Part shown: positions 1 through 12,429 of the stretch, in pieces | Layout of the letters: every line of letters begins with the position of its first letter | How positions within the stretch are numbered: position 1 is the stretch's first letter | Source: Octopus bimaculoides | Lineage: Eukaryota | Length of the DNA: 64,000 bases | Assembly: GCF_001194135.2 (NCBI RefSeq) | Contig: NC_068981.1 | Location: forward strand, 93,084,779-93,148,778 | Direction of reading: 5' to 3' | Made by a program: the position numbers and the translations under genes | Notes under the pieces: generated by a model | Told to the model about the DNA's origin: nothing | What the model saw: only the letters and a program-made list of their open reading frames with translations | The model's database searches: none

Positions 1-593
1 CAGTTGCTTTACCACATATCGAAGTTCAGAAATAGCAGCTAAAGTGCTGAAACTCCAACAGATAGCAATACTTGTAACTCACAAAGGCAAAATAAAAAGA
101 TAAAATAACGAAACTAACAAGTCTTAGTTAATCAGACGCGTTTCTGGCTAAGAAAAGTGAAAACGTTTCATTTCCTCATCAGTATGATATTCCAGTTTGC
201 AAATTTGACGAAGCTGGCAATTGTCCATGCACGACCGAGCGACATCGTGCATCAGCGCAATATGAACATGCAGATCCATTAATTATGTTTATAAATGTAT
301 AAGAACTTTTAAATAAGTTCTTCACCGATAATGGTGTTTACATACCGAAGTGCTTGGTAAAAATTATTAATTATTAATTTATTAATAAATTAATAATCCT
401 TTACCCTTTTATTTGTAATAACCATTCACTCCCTGATAGTAAACCGCAGATTTTCTGCGGTATTGCTGGTAACGCACATGATAATTCTTGAGGAGGGATA
501 AGAACTGGCTGGCCTATGTAAGTTCGGAGATGCTGTTGGAGTTTCAGCACTTTAGCTGCTATTTCTGAACTTCGGTATGTGGTGAAGCAACCG
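1..593. mobile_element. MITE-like element / long inverted repeat (arms 1-61 and 533-593; left arm may extend beyond the window)
   Basis: 1-61 (cagttgctttaccacatatcgaagttcagaaatagcagctaaagtgctgaaactccaacag) is the reverse complement of 533-593 with 3 mismatches. No coding capacity between the arms. Confidence 0.6.
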
Positions 594-1241
594 TTGCTGA
601 TCCCTTAATTATGTTTATATATATATATATATATATAGTACGTCTAGTACCATTCTTCATTAGTGTATACATTACAAATTTCATACACATCGTTATCTTA
701 ATCCAATGCAGATCACGTGCGTATTTTATCTTTATTTATTAGAATACTGCCGAAGTAATATTGAAATTACTTCATAGGATATATAAATATCTTAGGAGTA
801 TCTCAAAGTGTCATAATAAGCATCAGAATCGAAAATATAGATTTCTTTCTTGCTAAATTATCCTCTGTGTATATCAAAGAAGTTTAGAATACAAATCGTG
901 TAAATTTACTATTCAGTATGTAATTATATTTGTCTTCAAAGTTTATGAAAACTGTAAAATAACTTTAGACGTATTACAAAAGCAATATATTCAAATATGT
1001 AAATTATTCTCAACTGGTTATAATTTATCATGTGATTTCGTAACATTTTAAAAGAGTTCGATTGTAACAATTTCTCTATAAAGGTACAATATTAACTGGG
1101 TTTCGTTTTTACTATCATTTTTGTTTGTTGTAAATCCATTAAACACATTCGATTATTTGACTTATCCATGTAATAATGTGTGTGTGTGTATGTGTGTGCG
1201 TGTCTGCACGCGCTCATGTTTGTGTGCATGTGTACACTTGC

Positions 1242-1277
<36 letters not shown>

Positions 1278-1509
1278 NNNNNNNNNNNNNNNNNNNNNNN
1301 NNNNNNNNNNNNNNNNNNNNNNNNNNNNNNNNNNNNNNNNNNNNNNNNNNNNNNNNNNNNNNNNNNNNNNNNNNNNNNNNNNNNNNNNNNNNNNNNNNNN
1401 NNNNNNNNNNNNNNNNNNNNNNNNNNNNNNNNATATATATATACATATATATGTGTGTATGCGTGTGTGTGTGTGTGTGTGTGTGCGTACACTCATGCGC
1501 ACACATAAA

Positions 1510-2393
1510 CGAGGGGGTACCAATAAGAGACCGGAATTTTGCATTATTGTTTTATTTACTTAGTTTTACATGCTTACACTTTTATCTCCTCCCAAGATCG
1601 ATGTTTTCCATCTGAAGCAATACATCGATCCAGATGCGTTTTCCACTGGTCGAAGCATTCCTTGAACTCTTGCGAACTCTTTTCACATCTACCACATCTG
1701 CAATTCCGTAGCGCCAACTTTCATCACCAGTAATCACCTTCGAAAAAAGGTCTGGATCAACCTCCAACTGTTCATTCAGTCTACGACACGAATTAAGTCG
1801 GAAATGCTTTTGATCTTCCGTCAGCAAGCGAGGTACAAATTTTGCTGCAACACTTTTCATTCACAATTCCTCGTTCAATATTCATTGGCAGGAGATCCAG
1901 GACACACCAGTCATATGAACTAGTTCGTCAAATGTTCGGTGACAGTCCTCCAAGATCAGTTCATAATGTGTCGTGATGCTTTCATTCGTTCGGAGGTCAG
2001 TGGTTGCCCTGAACGAGGTTGGTCTCAAAGCGGCAAGTGATCATTCCTAAAGCGGGAGAATTGTTCGTAAACGTGTGTTTTGCTTATGACAGCGCCCTTC
2101 TAAGTTATTTGAAGCATGAGAACTGTTTTGTACGACTTTTGTCCCTGCAGAAAACAGATTTTCACGGAAGCACTCTGTTCCTTCGTTTCAAGCATCATCG
2201 CAAAAATCGACGAACAGGGGTGAAACACTGCAAAACAATGAAGCACTACGTAGCAGAACGACTTCACATAACGACGCCAGTCAGCATAGTGATGCCTGAG
2301 CGTTGCATGAAGTGGCTTCTAGCGGCGGAAGCCTGAAATACAAGGGGATTGTCCCAAAAAGAACGTTCCTGGTTACTTTTGGCTACTTCCTCG
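1510..2393 (-). mobile_element. Tc1/mariner DNA transposon, internally deleted and decayed
   Basis: Minus-strand ORF 1582-1860 reads KSVAAKFVPRLLTEDQKHFR...SKVITGDESWRYG (mariner VPRLL and first catalytic Asp TGDESW). Degenerate CGAGG-starting TIRs at both ends; TA at 2394-2395. Its C-terminal segment matches 17900-18040. Confidence 0.85.
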
Positions 2394-2715
2394 TATGCAT
2401 ACATGCATAAAGTTATTTCTCAATGTGTCTCAATAACCTTACGCATTCACATACATCACACATAAACACGTTCACAACACACAGAAATACATTCACTCAT
2501 ACACTCACTTGATCGAACCAAATACAAATGAGAAAGAAAATAAAGATTATGATGCAAGGAACATACTTAGAAATAAACGATAGAAGACTTTATTTATTCT
2601 CATTATCCGTCATTTTTACGATTATGTGTATATATGTAGGTATGTGGTCAATCTCGTGCACCTTTGTGTATGTCTTTGTTTCCGTACACACATGTATGTG
2701 TGTGTGTATATGCAT

Positions 2716-2746
<31 letters not shown>

Positions 2747-4182
2747 CATATATGTACATTTATGTATATATANNNNNNNNNNNNNNNNNNNNNNNNNNNN
2801 NNNNNNNNNNNNNNNNNNNNNNNNNNNNNNNNNNNNNNNNNNNNNNNNNNNNNNNNNNNNNNNNNNNNNNNNNNNNNNNNNNNNNNNNNNNNNNNNNNNN
2901 NNNNNNNNNNNNNNNNNNNNNNNNNNNNNNNNNNNNNNNNNNNNNNNNNNNNNNNNNNNNNNNNNNNNNNNNNNNNNNNNNNNNNNNNNNNNNNNNNNNN
3001 NNNNNNNNNNNNNNNNNNNNNNNNNNNNNNNNNNNNNNNNNNNNNNNNNNNNNNNNNNNNNNNNNNNNNNNNNNNNNNNNNNNNNNNNNNNNNNNNNNNN
3101 NNNNNNNNNNNNNNNNNNNNNNNNNNNNNNNNNNNNNNNNNNNNNNNNNNNNNNNNNNNNNNNNNNNNNNNNNNNNNNNNNNNNNNNNNNNNNNNNNNNN
3201 NNNNNNNNNNNNNNNNNNNNNNNNNNNNNNNNNNNNNNNNNNNNNNNNNNNNNNNNNNNNNNNNNNNNNNNNNNNNNNNNNNNNNNNNNNNNNNNNNNNN
3301 NNNNNNNNNNNNNNNNNNNNNNNNNNNNNNNNNNNNNTATATATATATATATATATCCATATATACATACATATATACATACATATATACATATATACAT
3401 ACATATTGTCAAAGTCTTTGAAGTACGCTATGTCTATAAATGCTGCAACCATTTTCTGATACGGAAATTCAATAGCCAATTCCAAATGATGTCTATTTTT
3501 ATGGGTAATGAATTTCAGTAAATGCTCAGTGACGAGTGCCAAGCATAATATTGATAATTCTATTATCGTCCACGTTTAAAGGCAAACATATATGTATGTG
3601 TGTTTGCGAGCTTGTGTGCATAGTACCTATACTTCTGTACATGCACAGACACATACATACACACAGATTGAGAGAAGCATTTGCGGAGATAGATAGTATG
3701 ACACGACGTATATATTTGTGTATGTAATCTACAGTATTAGAGGCGGCACGCTAGTGCGAATGCGTACACGCGTGAATGAAGGAATATATTCTGCTTGAAT
3801 TCTTCCCACGAATTCTGCTACGTTCGGCGAGAATAGCTGGCCTTTCCTCAACAATCAATTTTACTATCAATATCAAAATGATCAGTTTATCAACAGTAAG
3901 ACAGACACAAATTTTACGGCGCCAAGTATACAGATCTGTGCAATTTTACCCTCTTTACATAAATACATTAAAAACGGTATCGTAATACAAATCAAAAGAA
4001 CATATCAACGCGTATAGTTTGGAAAATATTTGTTTAAACTTTTATGACTATTGACTATGTCGTATTATGTTTACACTTTTGGCTAATCATACGAAAACAA
4101 AGTAACATCCATTACACACATGTGGGAAATTTGTCTGGCAACTGTTGGTGTGCCCACCTACAATTACTTTCGGAGTAAGAGA

Positions 4183-4186
<4 letters not shown>

Positions 4187-4223
<37 letters not shown>
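4187..4223. repeat. (GA)n microsatellite
   Basis: Direct reading of the sequence. Confidence 0.95.
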
Positions 4224-4226
<3 letters not shown>

Positions 4227-4359
4227 AGGGAGGGAGAGAGTTTACTAAGAAAGAGCGGGGGTGGTGGTGAAGTTTTTCCTTCATGGGGAGAGAACCGCTC
4301 AGGGTGTATTTTATTTATTTATTTATTTTCAATTTATCGTTATTATCCGAAGGTTTTTA

Positions 4360-4566
4360 TGGCAGAATTGCTAGCAGACTGGACAAAATGGTTAACGATA
4401 TTTCGCCCGTCGCTACGTTCTGAGTTCAAATTCCACTCTGGTCGGCTTTATATTTCATCCTTTCGGGGTCGGTAAATTAAGTGAAACTCACTGGGGTCGA
4501 TGTAATTGACTATTCCCCTACCCACCAAATTTCAGGCCTTGTGCTTTCAGTAGAAAGGACTATTAT
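4360..4566 (+). mobile_element. SINE family A copy (tail type 1)
   Basis: Shares ttctgagttcaaattcc (B-box-like), tttcatcctttcggggtcg and ...caggccttgtgc...agtagaaagg with the copies at 23583, 27705 and 29975. Confidence 0.8.
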
Positions 4567-4689
4567 GCGAGGTCTTTTTCTTATGAGTGAGCGAACATAT
4601 GAAATAAATTCCGATATAATTCATTTTTTCCAATTTTGGGTGTCCTATTAGCTCTAGACAACACTTTTTAGTTTCTCCTTAGGTCGAAT

Positions 4690-7600
4690 TGTAGAGGCCA
4701 GGCCCCATCATCTCCGTATGCCCTAAAGGCGGCATCTGCTCTTTCGTCGATTTTAAGCATATAAAGTGTAAGTGCATTCAATGAACCCTAGTTTGTAAGA
4801 GAAAGTCTGCTCTTATTGGTAAGGAGATGCAAAAGTATATAATGAACATTGTAGCATCATCAGAAACTAGATGTGTTGGGCAAAGTAACTTTAGTGAGAA
4901 ATCCAGTGGCTACACATTTTATAGGAGTGAGAAAGAAGAGAAAGAAAATTGCAAAAGAGAAAGTGGTGTTGCTTTTGCTCCGAAAACCTCCTTGGTTGAT
5001 AATTTAGAGGATTTGCCATAAAGTGTAAATAATAGAATGGTATTGCTGAGGTTGCCTTTAAAATAAGATCGGTATGTAACACTCGTTAGTGTCTATGCAC
5101 CAACTATGAAAGCAAGTGAAAATGAAAAGCTCTCGTTATATGATGCACTGAAAGAAAACATCCGCGAAATTCCACTCGAGGATAAGATGATCATATTGGG
5201 CAATTTTAATGCTAGGTTTGGTAGAGATCATGAGTCATGGGTTGTGTTGGAAGACACGGAGTGGGAAATTGCAACAGCAATGGCATACTTTTGTTATAGA
5301 TATGTTCTGAGCTGGATCTATTTATTATGAGCAGTGCTTTTTTAGTAAAAAGATAAGTTCAAAACTACATGAATGCACCCCGGTTCAAAACAATGACACT
5401 TTATTGACTATATGATAACTAGAAAGCGAGATAAAAGAGATTTCTGTATAGTGTGGGTCATGCGGGGAGCAGAATTTTGGACAGATCATCGCTTGGTTCG
5501 TAGGAATATCAAGTTTGTTGTGAAGCGAAATAGTAGACGAAGTGGCGCTGGCATCCCTAAACGTCTGAACGTGGATCTCCTTAAGGATAAAACCGTTAAA
5601 GTAGAATTTCAGCAGGAAATCGAAAATTTGGAATGGACAGATGAGTGGATGGACTTCAGAGGACAACTATACAATTTAGGTAAAGAAGTCTTAGGAGTAA
5701 AGAAGAAGAAACATCAAGATTGGTTCGGTGAAATTGATGGAAATATTCAATATTTCTTGGAAGAAAAACGAAAAGCATTGCATTCATTACTAGCAAACGA
5801 TTCTGATCAAAATACAGCGTTTTTCAAAGAGATAAAAGCAGATGTGCAAAGAAAGATTCGAAGCAAACTACTTGGTGGCGGAAGAAAGCAGAAGAGATAG
5901 AAGCTGCTTCCAATGTTATTATATACTCTCCTTCGTGAAGTGTATGGTCCATCATGTCCTACCTTGGCTCATGTGAAGAATACGAATAGTGTTTTATTGA
6001 GGGCCCCAAATACACCTTAAAACGATAGGACGAACATTTCAATGAATTTCTGAATTGACCATCTGTTGTTTATGAAAATATATTGGTATGATTCCACGGA
6101 ATGCACCCATTGAGCGCTTAGATGACACCCCGTCAGTGGAGGAAACAATAAAAGTAGTATCAAAGCTGAACAATGGCAAAGTACCGGGAGTTGATAGTAT
6201 GATTGTATAGACTATTTAAGTTTGTGGGTATTACTTGCTAGAAATACTGACAGCAGTAATACAGAAGATATGGAAAAATGAAGTGATGCCAAAAGACTGG
6301 AAGGATGCACTCATGGAAGTTGTGTTCAACGGTTAGGGACAAAAGGATGAATGTAATAACTTTCGTGGTATTTGCCTATTTGCTACAGCGGGCAAAGTTC
6401 TATCATGAATAATGTTGAATTGGCTGTAGATATATGTGGCTAATAAGATTCTTCCTGAATCACAGAGTGAATTCAGAAATGGTAGGGATATTATTTACTT
6501 GATCTTTTCTGCATGGCAGTCACAGGAAAAGTGTATGGAACAGCAAATAGGACTTTACCAGGTAGTCATTGACCTTACTAAAGCTTTCGACTCTGTCAGT
6601 CGAACTGCTTTGTGGGAGATCTTGAAGATGCCCGGTAAAGATTCTCCCTATTCTCGAACAGTTTTATGGTGGCATTGAAGTAAAGATCAGCATTGGTGGA
6701 AAGCTCTCGGAGGCTGTCTCTGTCATGAATGGCGTAAAACAAGGTGACATACCAGCACCCACTCTCTTCACCCTCTACTTTACTAGTTTTCAATTGACTT
6801 CCAAAGGATCCTATGAAGGCATATCTATCAGATATCGCACAATAGGAAAGCTCTTTAACAACAGGACTGTCAGCTAAGTCAAGGACGTCCTCAACGCTTA
6901 TTAGAGACCTCCTCTATGCAGATGATTGTGATATTGTCACTCATACTGAGGAGGACATACAACATTTTATGAATGCAATTTCAATGGTTTGTGAGGCATT
7001 TGGCTTAAGCATAAATCTAACCGAAACTGTTGTCATGCTTCAGCCAACACCAGGAATGACACACATAGAACTTGGTATCTTCATGTATAGAAGAAAACTT
7101 GCTGTGGTTTCTAAGTTTGTTTACGTAGGGAGCACACTAAACACATAAGTGAATCTTGATGATGAAGTGTCACTACGCATTCAGAAAACCAGTTTTCCTT
7201 TTGGCAAACTGGAAGACCGCCAATGGTCTAGGCATGGTATTTCCACTGCGACAAAGTTTAAGGTATACAACACATGTATCTTGACCTCTTTATTATATGC
7301 TTCTGAAGCCGGGACTGTGTATCGTAAGCACTTAAAATTTATGGAACGTTTTCATCAACAATGTCTCAGAAGAATTCTGAGAATCACCTGGAAAATGTTT
7401 GTGAGTGACGATAAGGAGCTTGAAAGAAGGAAATGCTTCAGTATTGAAGCTTTTCTATTGCAGTACAGATTGAGATGGAGAGGACACTTAGTCAGAATGA
7501 CAGATAACAGAGGATTCGTAACAGGTAAACGTCCTACCCACAAACTAAAGATGAGGTACTAAGATTGTCTAAAGTCGGGATCAAATAAATGTTCCAATTG

Positions 7601-8140
7601 ACAACTGGAAGGATTTAGCGCACTGCCGAGCAAATTGGAAAACAATTTGTGTATGAAGGCAAAAATGGATTTGAAAGGAAGAGAATGGAGCATGCAAAGG
7701 TCAAAAGAAATCTGAGAAAAAGTGACAGGAATGATGTTTTACCAAGCATTACTGAACGTGATGATCTTACAAGTGATGAATGTGGAAAGATTTGTCTTAG
7801 TAAGGCTGGGCTAAAGAGCTATATCAAATCACAAATTGCACAACCGCACATTGATTACAGATGGACAGATGATTTCGAACGCATACTCTGCCATAAAGTA
7901 TACAGATAAAAAAGTGGATTGAAAAGGCAGAGTAAACTTCATGTTAAATTGTCAAAAAGTATGTAAGACTTTGGCAGGCCTCAAAAGCCATATTCGTGTA
8001 GCTCATCGATGATATTCTGAGGCATAATGAAATCAGGCAATGGCTCTACTCAAAATCGAGTTGGCAACCACAATGTATGTATGTATGTATGTATGTATGT
8101 ATGTATGTATGTATGTATGTATGTATGTATGTATGTATGT
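4690..8140 (+). mobile_element. RTE-clade non-LTR retrotransposon (APE endonuclease + RT), decayed, with C-terminal C2H2 remnants and (ATGT)n tail
   Basis: Fragmented frames give endonuclease motifs (SETR...GYTFYRS...SGVAF; VSVYAPT; IILGNFNARFG; DYMIT; TDHRLVR) and RT motifs (QSEFRNGR; IDLTKAFDSVSR; LLYADDC near 6905-6926; KFKVYNTCILTSLLYASE; RWRGHLVRM). Ends in (ATGT)n at 8073-8140. Confidence 0.92.
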
Positions 8141-8199
8141 GTCATAATGATTTAATAATTAGTAGACTAAGCACATAGTCACGTTTTCAAATATAATAA

Positions 8200-9000
8200 T
8201 TAACTTCAGAAACAGTTTGTAGGTTGTGTGATTGGGGTCGGAAATTTCGGAGAGTCTGTAGCCTTCTCATGGTAAGGCTGAACAAGCATCTCTAACAAAC
8301 TCTAGTGGATGATAATGCTGATTTGGCCTTGTACTCTCGCTTTGTAGATGATAAACTCATCGAGAAAATTTGCCCTGCGCTGATAATGTTCAAATGAGTC
8401 AATAGTATTTGATAACTATAATTCAAGAAATAATCAAAACTATTAATGAGAATGTAAATATGAATGTAAATATAGATATGCTTGTAAACTTAACTTGTTC
8501 GAAATCCTGAAATGTAGATAGAGATTGCCGTGATCAACAAAAGATTTGCCATGATCGATAGAATCCATACATGTCTGGCTGTTCACAAAATGATTGAACC
8601 AGGTTGATGAATATTCTACTGGAACAGGCTAGATGACGATATCAATGACATGTCCACGAGAAATACGTCGTATAATATTAAGTTTGGAAGTGTTATGAGT
8701 ATACAGCCGCTAACGAAGCAAGTATTTGATAGTAATTTTAGAAAAATCATTCGATTAACTAACCTTAATATTAAGGTTGTCGAAAACATAGGTGAATCTA
8801 TCGAATCTATCATATGTGCATCTTACCTCTTTGACAATTACAGATGTCAAGGAAGTACGTGGAGTGTGCAATAAACCTACATATCACCTGCAAAGTGAGA
8901 AATATTGTGCTAGGAGTATTGACGAAAATTCAGGGACATTATGACAGCTACGTCAATCAGCGTTCTACCAGCACGAGCAAGATTGTCATAGTAACTATCG
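8200..9000 (+). mobile_element. Penelope-like element relic (RT ...RFVDD to GIY-YIG), Neptune-like, heavily decayed and deleted
   Basis: LYSRFVDDK at about 8329-8355. MSGCSQND*, YWNRL, FRKIIRLTNLNIKVVENIGESIESIICASYLF, CKVRNIV and FYQHEQDCH are collinear with the 12430-13310 element (LSGYSQKD, QWNRL, FRKILK..KVVIEKPGRSIRSIICKTYPF, CKTRNVV, LYQHAKEQH). Confidence 0.7.
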
Positions 9001-9338
9001 CCTAATTATCGCTCTAATCATGCCACGAACACGCACACACACATAACCGCACACAGCAACTCACATACACACGCACACACGCACGTGTGCGTGCGGGCGC
9101 GAGCGTGCGTGTGTGTGCTCGTGTGTGGGGATTGGGTATGGGTGTGTGTGTGTTTGTGCGTTCGCGCGTGTGTGTATACATATATACAACTTTCAGATGA
9201 TTTGTACTGCATCTTTTGAAGAGATGATATATTTTTACTCAATCTTGCCTGCCGTTCATAATTGATATTGAAAGGTTTTACATCGTTTTCTGGAATATAA
9301 TTTTTCTTTACACATCTAACACGCACGTATACGGTGCA

Positions 9339-9373
<35 letters not shown>

Positions 9374-9374
9374 A

Positions 9375-9422
<48 letters not shown>

Positions 9423-10616
9423 NNNNNNNNNNNNNNNNNNNNNNNNNNNNNNNNNNNNNNNNNNNNNNNNNNNNNNNNNNNNNNNNNNNNNNNNNNNNNN
9501 NNNNNNNNNNNNNNNNNNNNNNNNNNNNNNNNNNNNNNNNNNNNNNNNNNNNNNNNNNNNNNNNNNNNNNNNNNNNNNNNNNNNNNNNNNNNNNNNNNNN
9601 NNNNNNNNNNNNNNNNNNNNNNNNNNNNNNNNNNNNNNNNNNNNNNNNNNNNNNNNNNNNNNNNNNNNNNNNNNNNNNNNNNNNNNNNNNNNNNNNNNNN
9701 NNNNNNNNNNNNNNNNATATATATATATATATATATATAATATATATACATACGTTTATGTATGTACGTGTAAGTATTTGTGTGCATGAGTTATTAAGAC
9801 AACGAATCCCACAAAATGGGAACAGGTAACATGTGTATTTATTTGTATATATAAATATATGTATGTATGGTTGTATAAATATAAATGTATATCACCGTGA
9901 ATGTATTTGCGTGCGCGTTTGTGTATGCATTTACGATATACACACACACACACCACACACACATACATATAAATATAAACACACTCACACACAAATACGA
10001 ATGTTATTAATCGTAGAAGGTTTGTATGAATCCAATCAAATGAAAAGAGAATTGTTCTATAAGCTCTTATTGACCTTTGATGCGTAATTTTCTTTCCAGA
10101 TTAAATTGGAATATATCAATAGAATTAATGAGTTAATCATAAGATATTGAAATGAAAATTATATTTAGTAAGTTGCTATAGCAACTTCATATGTAAACTC
10201 CTTTCTCAGTCATCCCGAAATAAGTTGCGGAAAAAGGAGAAAAAAATGTATACGGATTGTTGAATTGTTGTACGTTCCATTTCACTAATTGGTAATTGTT
10301 TTCACTTTATTCGTTATACTTTTTCCATATATGTTACAGCGTACAAAGAGCTACCTTAAGTGTACGCATTTAGTTTTGAAATTCTGGTGGACCCTACATA
10401 TGTTGAGCATTTCAAATGAATGATGCGTTTGTGAGATTAAAAGGTTATGGGCTCTGTATTTGAGTTAATTATTTAGAAAACAAATAGGAGTAAAAGCATG
10501 TAACTTTCATTCAACCAATCAAATTTAATTCCTAGTGTGAACTAACTAAATCTCCTCCCTACCTAAAATCAACGCCCTTTGCATATTCATTTCACTTTCT
10601 CTTGTCTTTCTAAAGG

Positions 10617-10654
<38 letters not shown>

Positions 10655-10869
10655 CTCATGTAACAGCCTACAGCATTGTTTATTTCACTATTGCTTTTTC
10701 TGTTTAATGTTCGACGTAAAATTGAAGGCTTAAAATTTATCTTACACACTAAAGTTCTCTATGTATTACCACCAGACCATTATCCACTAATTTCACCATT
10801 TCCTAATTTCACCATTTGCTTCATTTGGCTTGAAATTCTGAACAAGTAATGGGTAATTATTTTAAGTGA

Positions 10870-11990
10870 AATAATTACCAAGCATTGATGACCTACCACT
10901 GCAAATCGGTTCTGCATCGCATTTATCTTCATAAGTACCGTCTCATCTCATCAAGCAGATAACACGTAAAAGAAACACTCAAGATATGAAAACTACGGAA
11001 ACTAGGTTTTACTAAAAAGTAATGACACGCAGCTTGACATGGTTTCTCTCTCGGTGAATCAATAGAACTATCACGACTGGATTGAAGATTAATACTGTTC
11101 CTCATTATGGGCAAATCAGCATCCAGCTGAATGCAACGATGCGGAATATATACTGCGCTATTAAACCTACACTACTGATCTGATATCCAGCAAGGAATAT
11201 TATCACTCCAAAAACACCGTCATCTCAAAGTCACAAACGCTGTCACATCCTGGACAAAAATAATAGATCAAAACTCTACCACCTTATGATAAAAAGAAAA
11301 TCTAAAGCTTTTTCTATAAATATGGAAAAAATACCCTGAGTAAGCCTTGAGAGACGCATTGTTAGAGTGTTCTTAAAGCTATTTGATCTGGTAGGGAACC
11401 CTTCTTAAAAGTGCTGGTGTTTATCCTCTAACTAGCAAACAGTGAATTTATAATTTCAACTTAGGTATAGGCAGAATATAGCGGAGGCATGCATTTATGG
11501 AGAAATATCATGACCCACTACAACTCCCATTATTTAAGGATTCGTCATGAGTCACAAACCATTTTATGGTGTTCTGTCTGGCAATTTCAATATCCCTAAG
11601 GCAAACGTTTCAGTTACAGCTATAAATCGTCCGTCAGAGATCTATTATATGCCAGAATTAACCAGAAGCTAACTGATGGCACAAAACACTTGATCGCTCG
11701 AGGAATTCTCTAAGACATCAGTATAAACGCCAAAAAATTGATTACCTACATTATGTCAAATCCCTTTTATTCTATTAAAAATTTAGGGACATAGTAGATA
11801 ATATAATCCAAAGTATACGATGACAAGCCTGCAAAAGATAGTATTGTCGCATTTACTTCCAAGTTGACTAGACTATTTCTGCCGGCAATAGAAGCTCTGC
11901 TCTGAATATATGAAGTACTCCTATGTGGGTATTATATGCATATTCTAATTCCGAAAAGGGGATGGATCAAGTGAACGGAACTAAAGTATA
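10870..11990 (-). mobile_element. Possible highly decayed LINE RT fragment (CR1/Jockey-like)
   Basis: Scattered minus-strand motif remnants only (KGFD-like, PDRTP/GVPQ-like); no continuous frame. Confidence 0.25.
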
Positions 11991-12429
11991 CATTTTACGC
12001 ACATATATGTAGTCGTCATAATATAATGTAAGAGATCCTGCTTCTAGTGGGCTCTGTTTATTTATTGTGAGAACCTAAAAGTAGTACAATTAAACCTTGG
12101 GAGAGGAATTATGCCGGTAATAAACACACGCACTGGTTCAGTCCTTTATTAATTTATATAGTTTTTGTTAAATTATTTCATTGCACTCTTGCAATCTCTT
12201 CAGTAACTTGTCTCTCCACTTCCATTTATTTTGAATGTATGATTTGGCTTTGTTTTGGCGTTGTTTTGGCGTTGTTTTGAAACTGTCCGGTATGAGCATG
12301 TGAGTGTGTGCAAGCTCGTATGTGTGCACGCTCATATGTGTGCACACACTTATGTGTTCGTGCTTATATGTAAGTATGTGCGTCCATATGTGTGTTTGTA
12401 ACAATTTCGTTTATATCAGATCAGATAGA

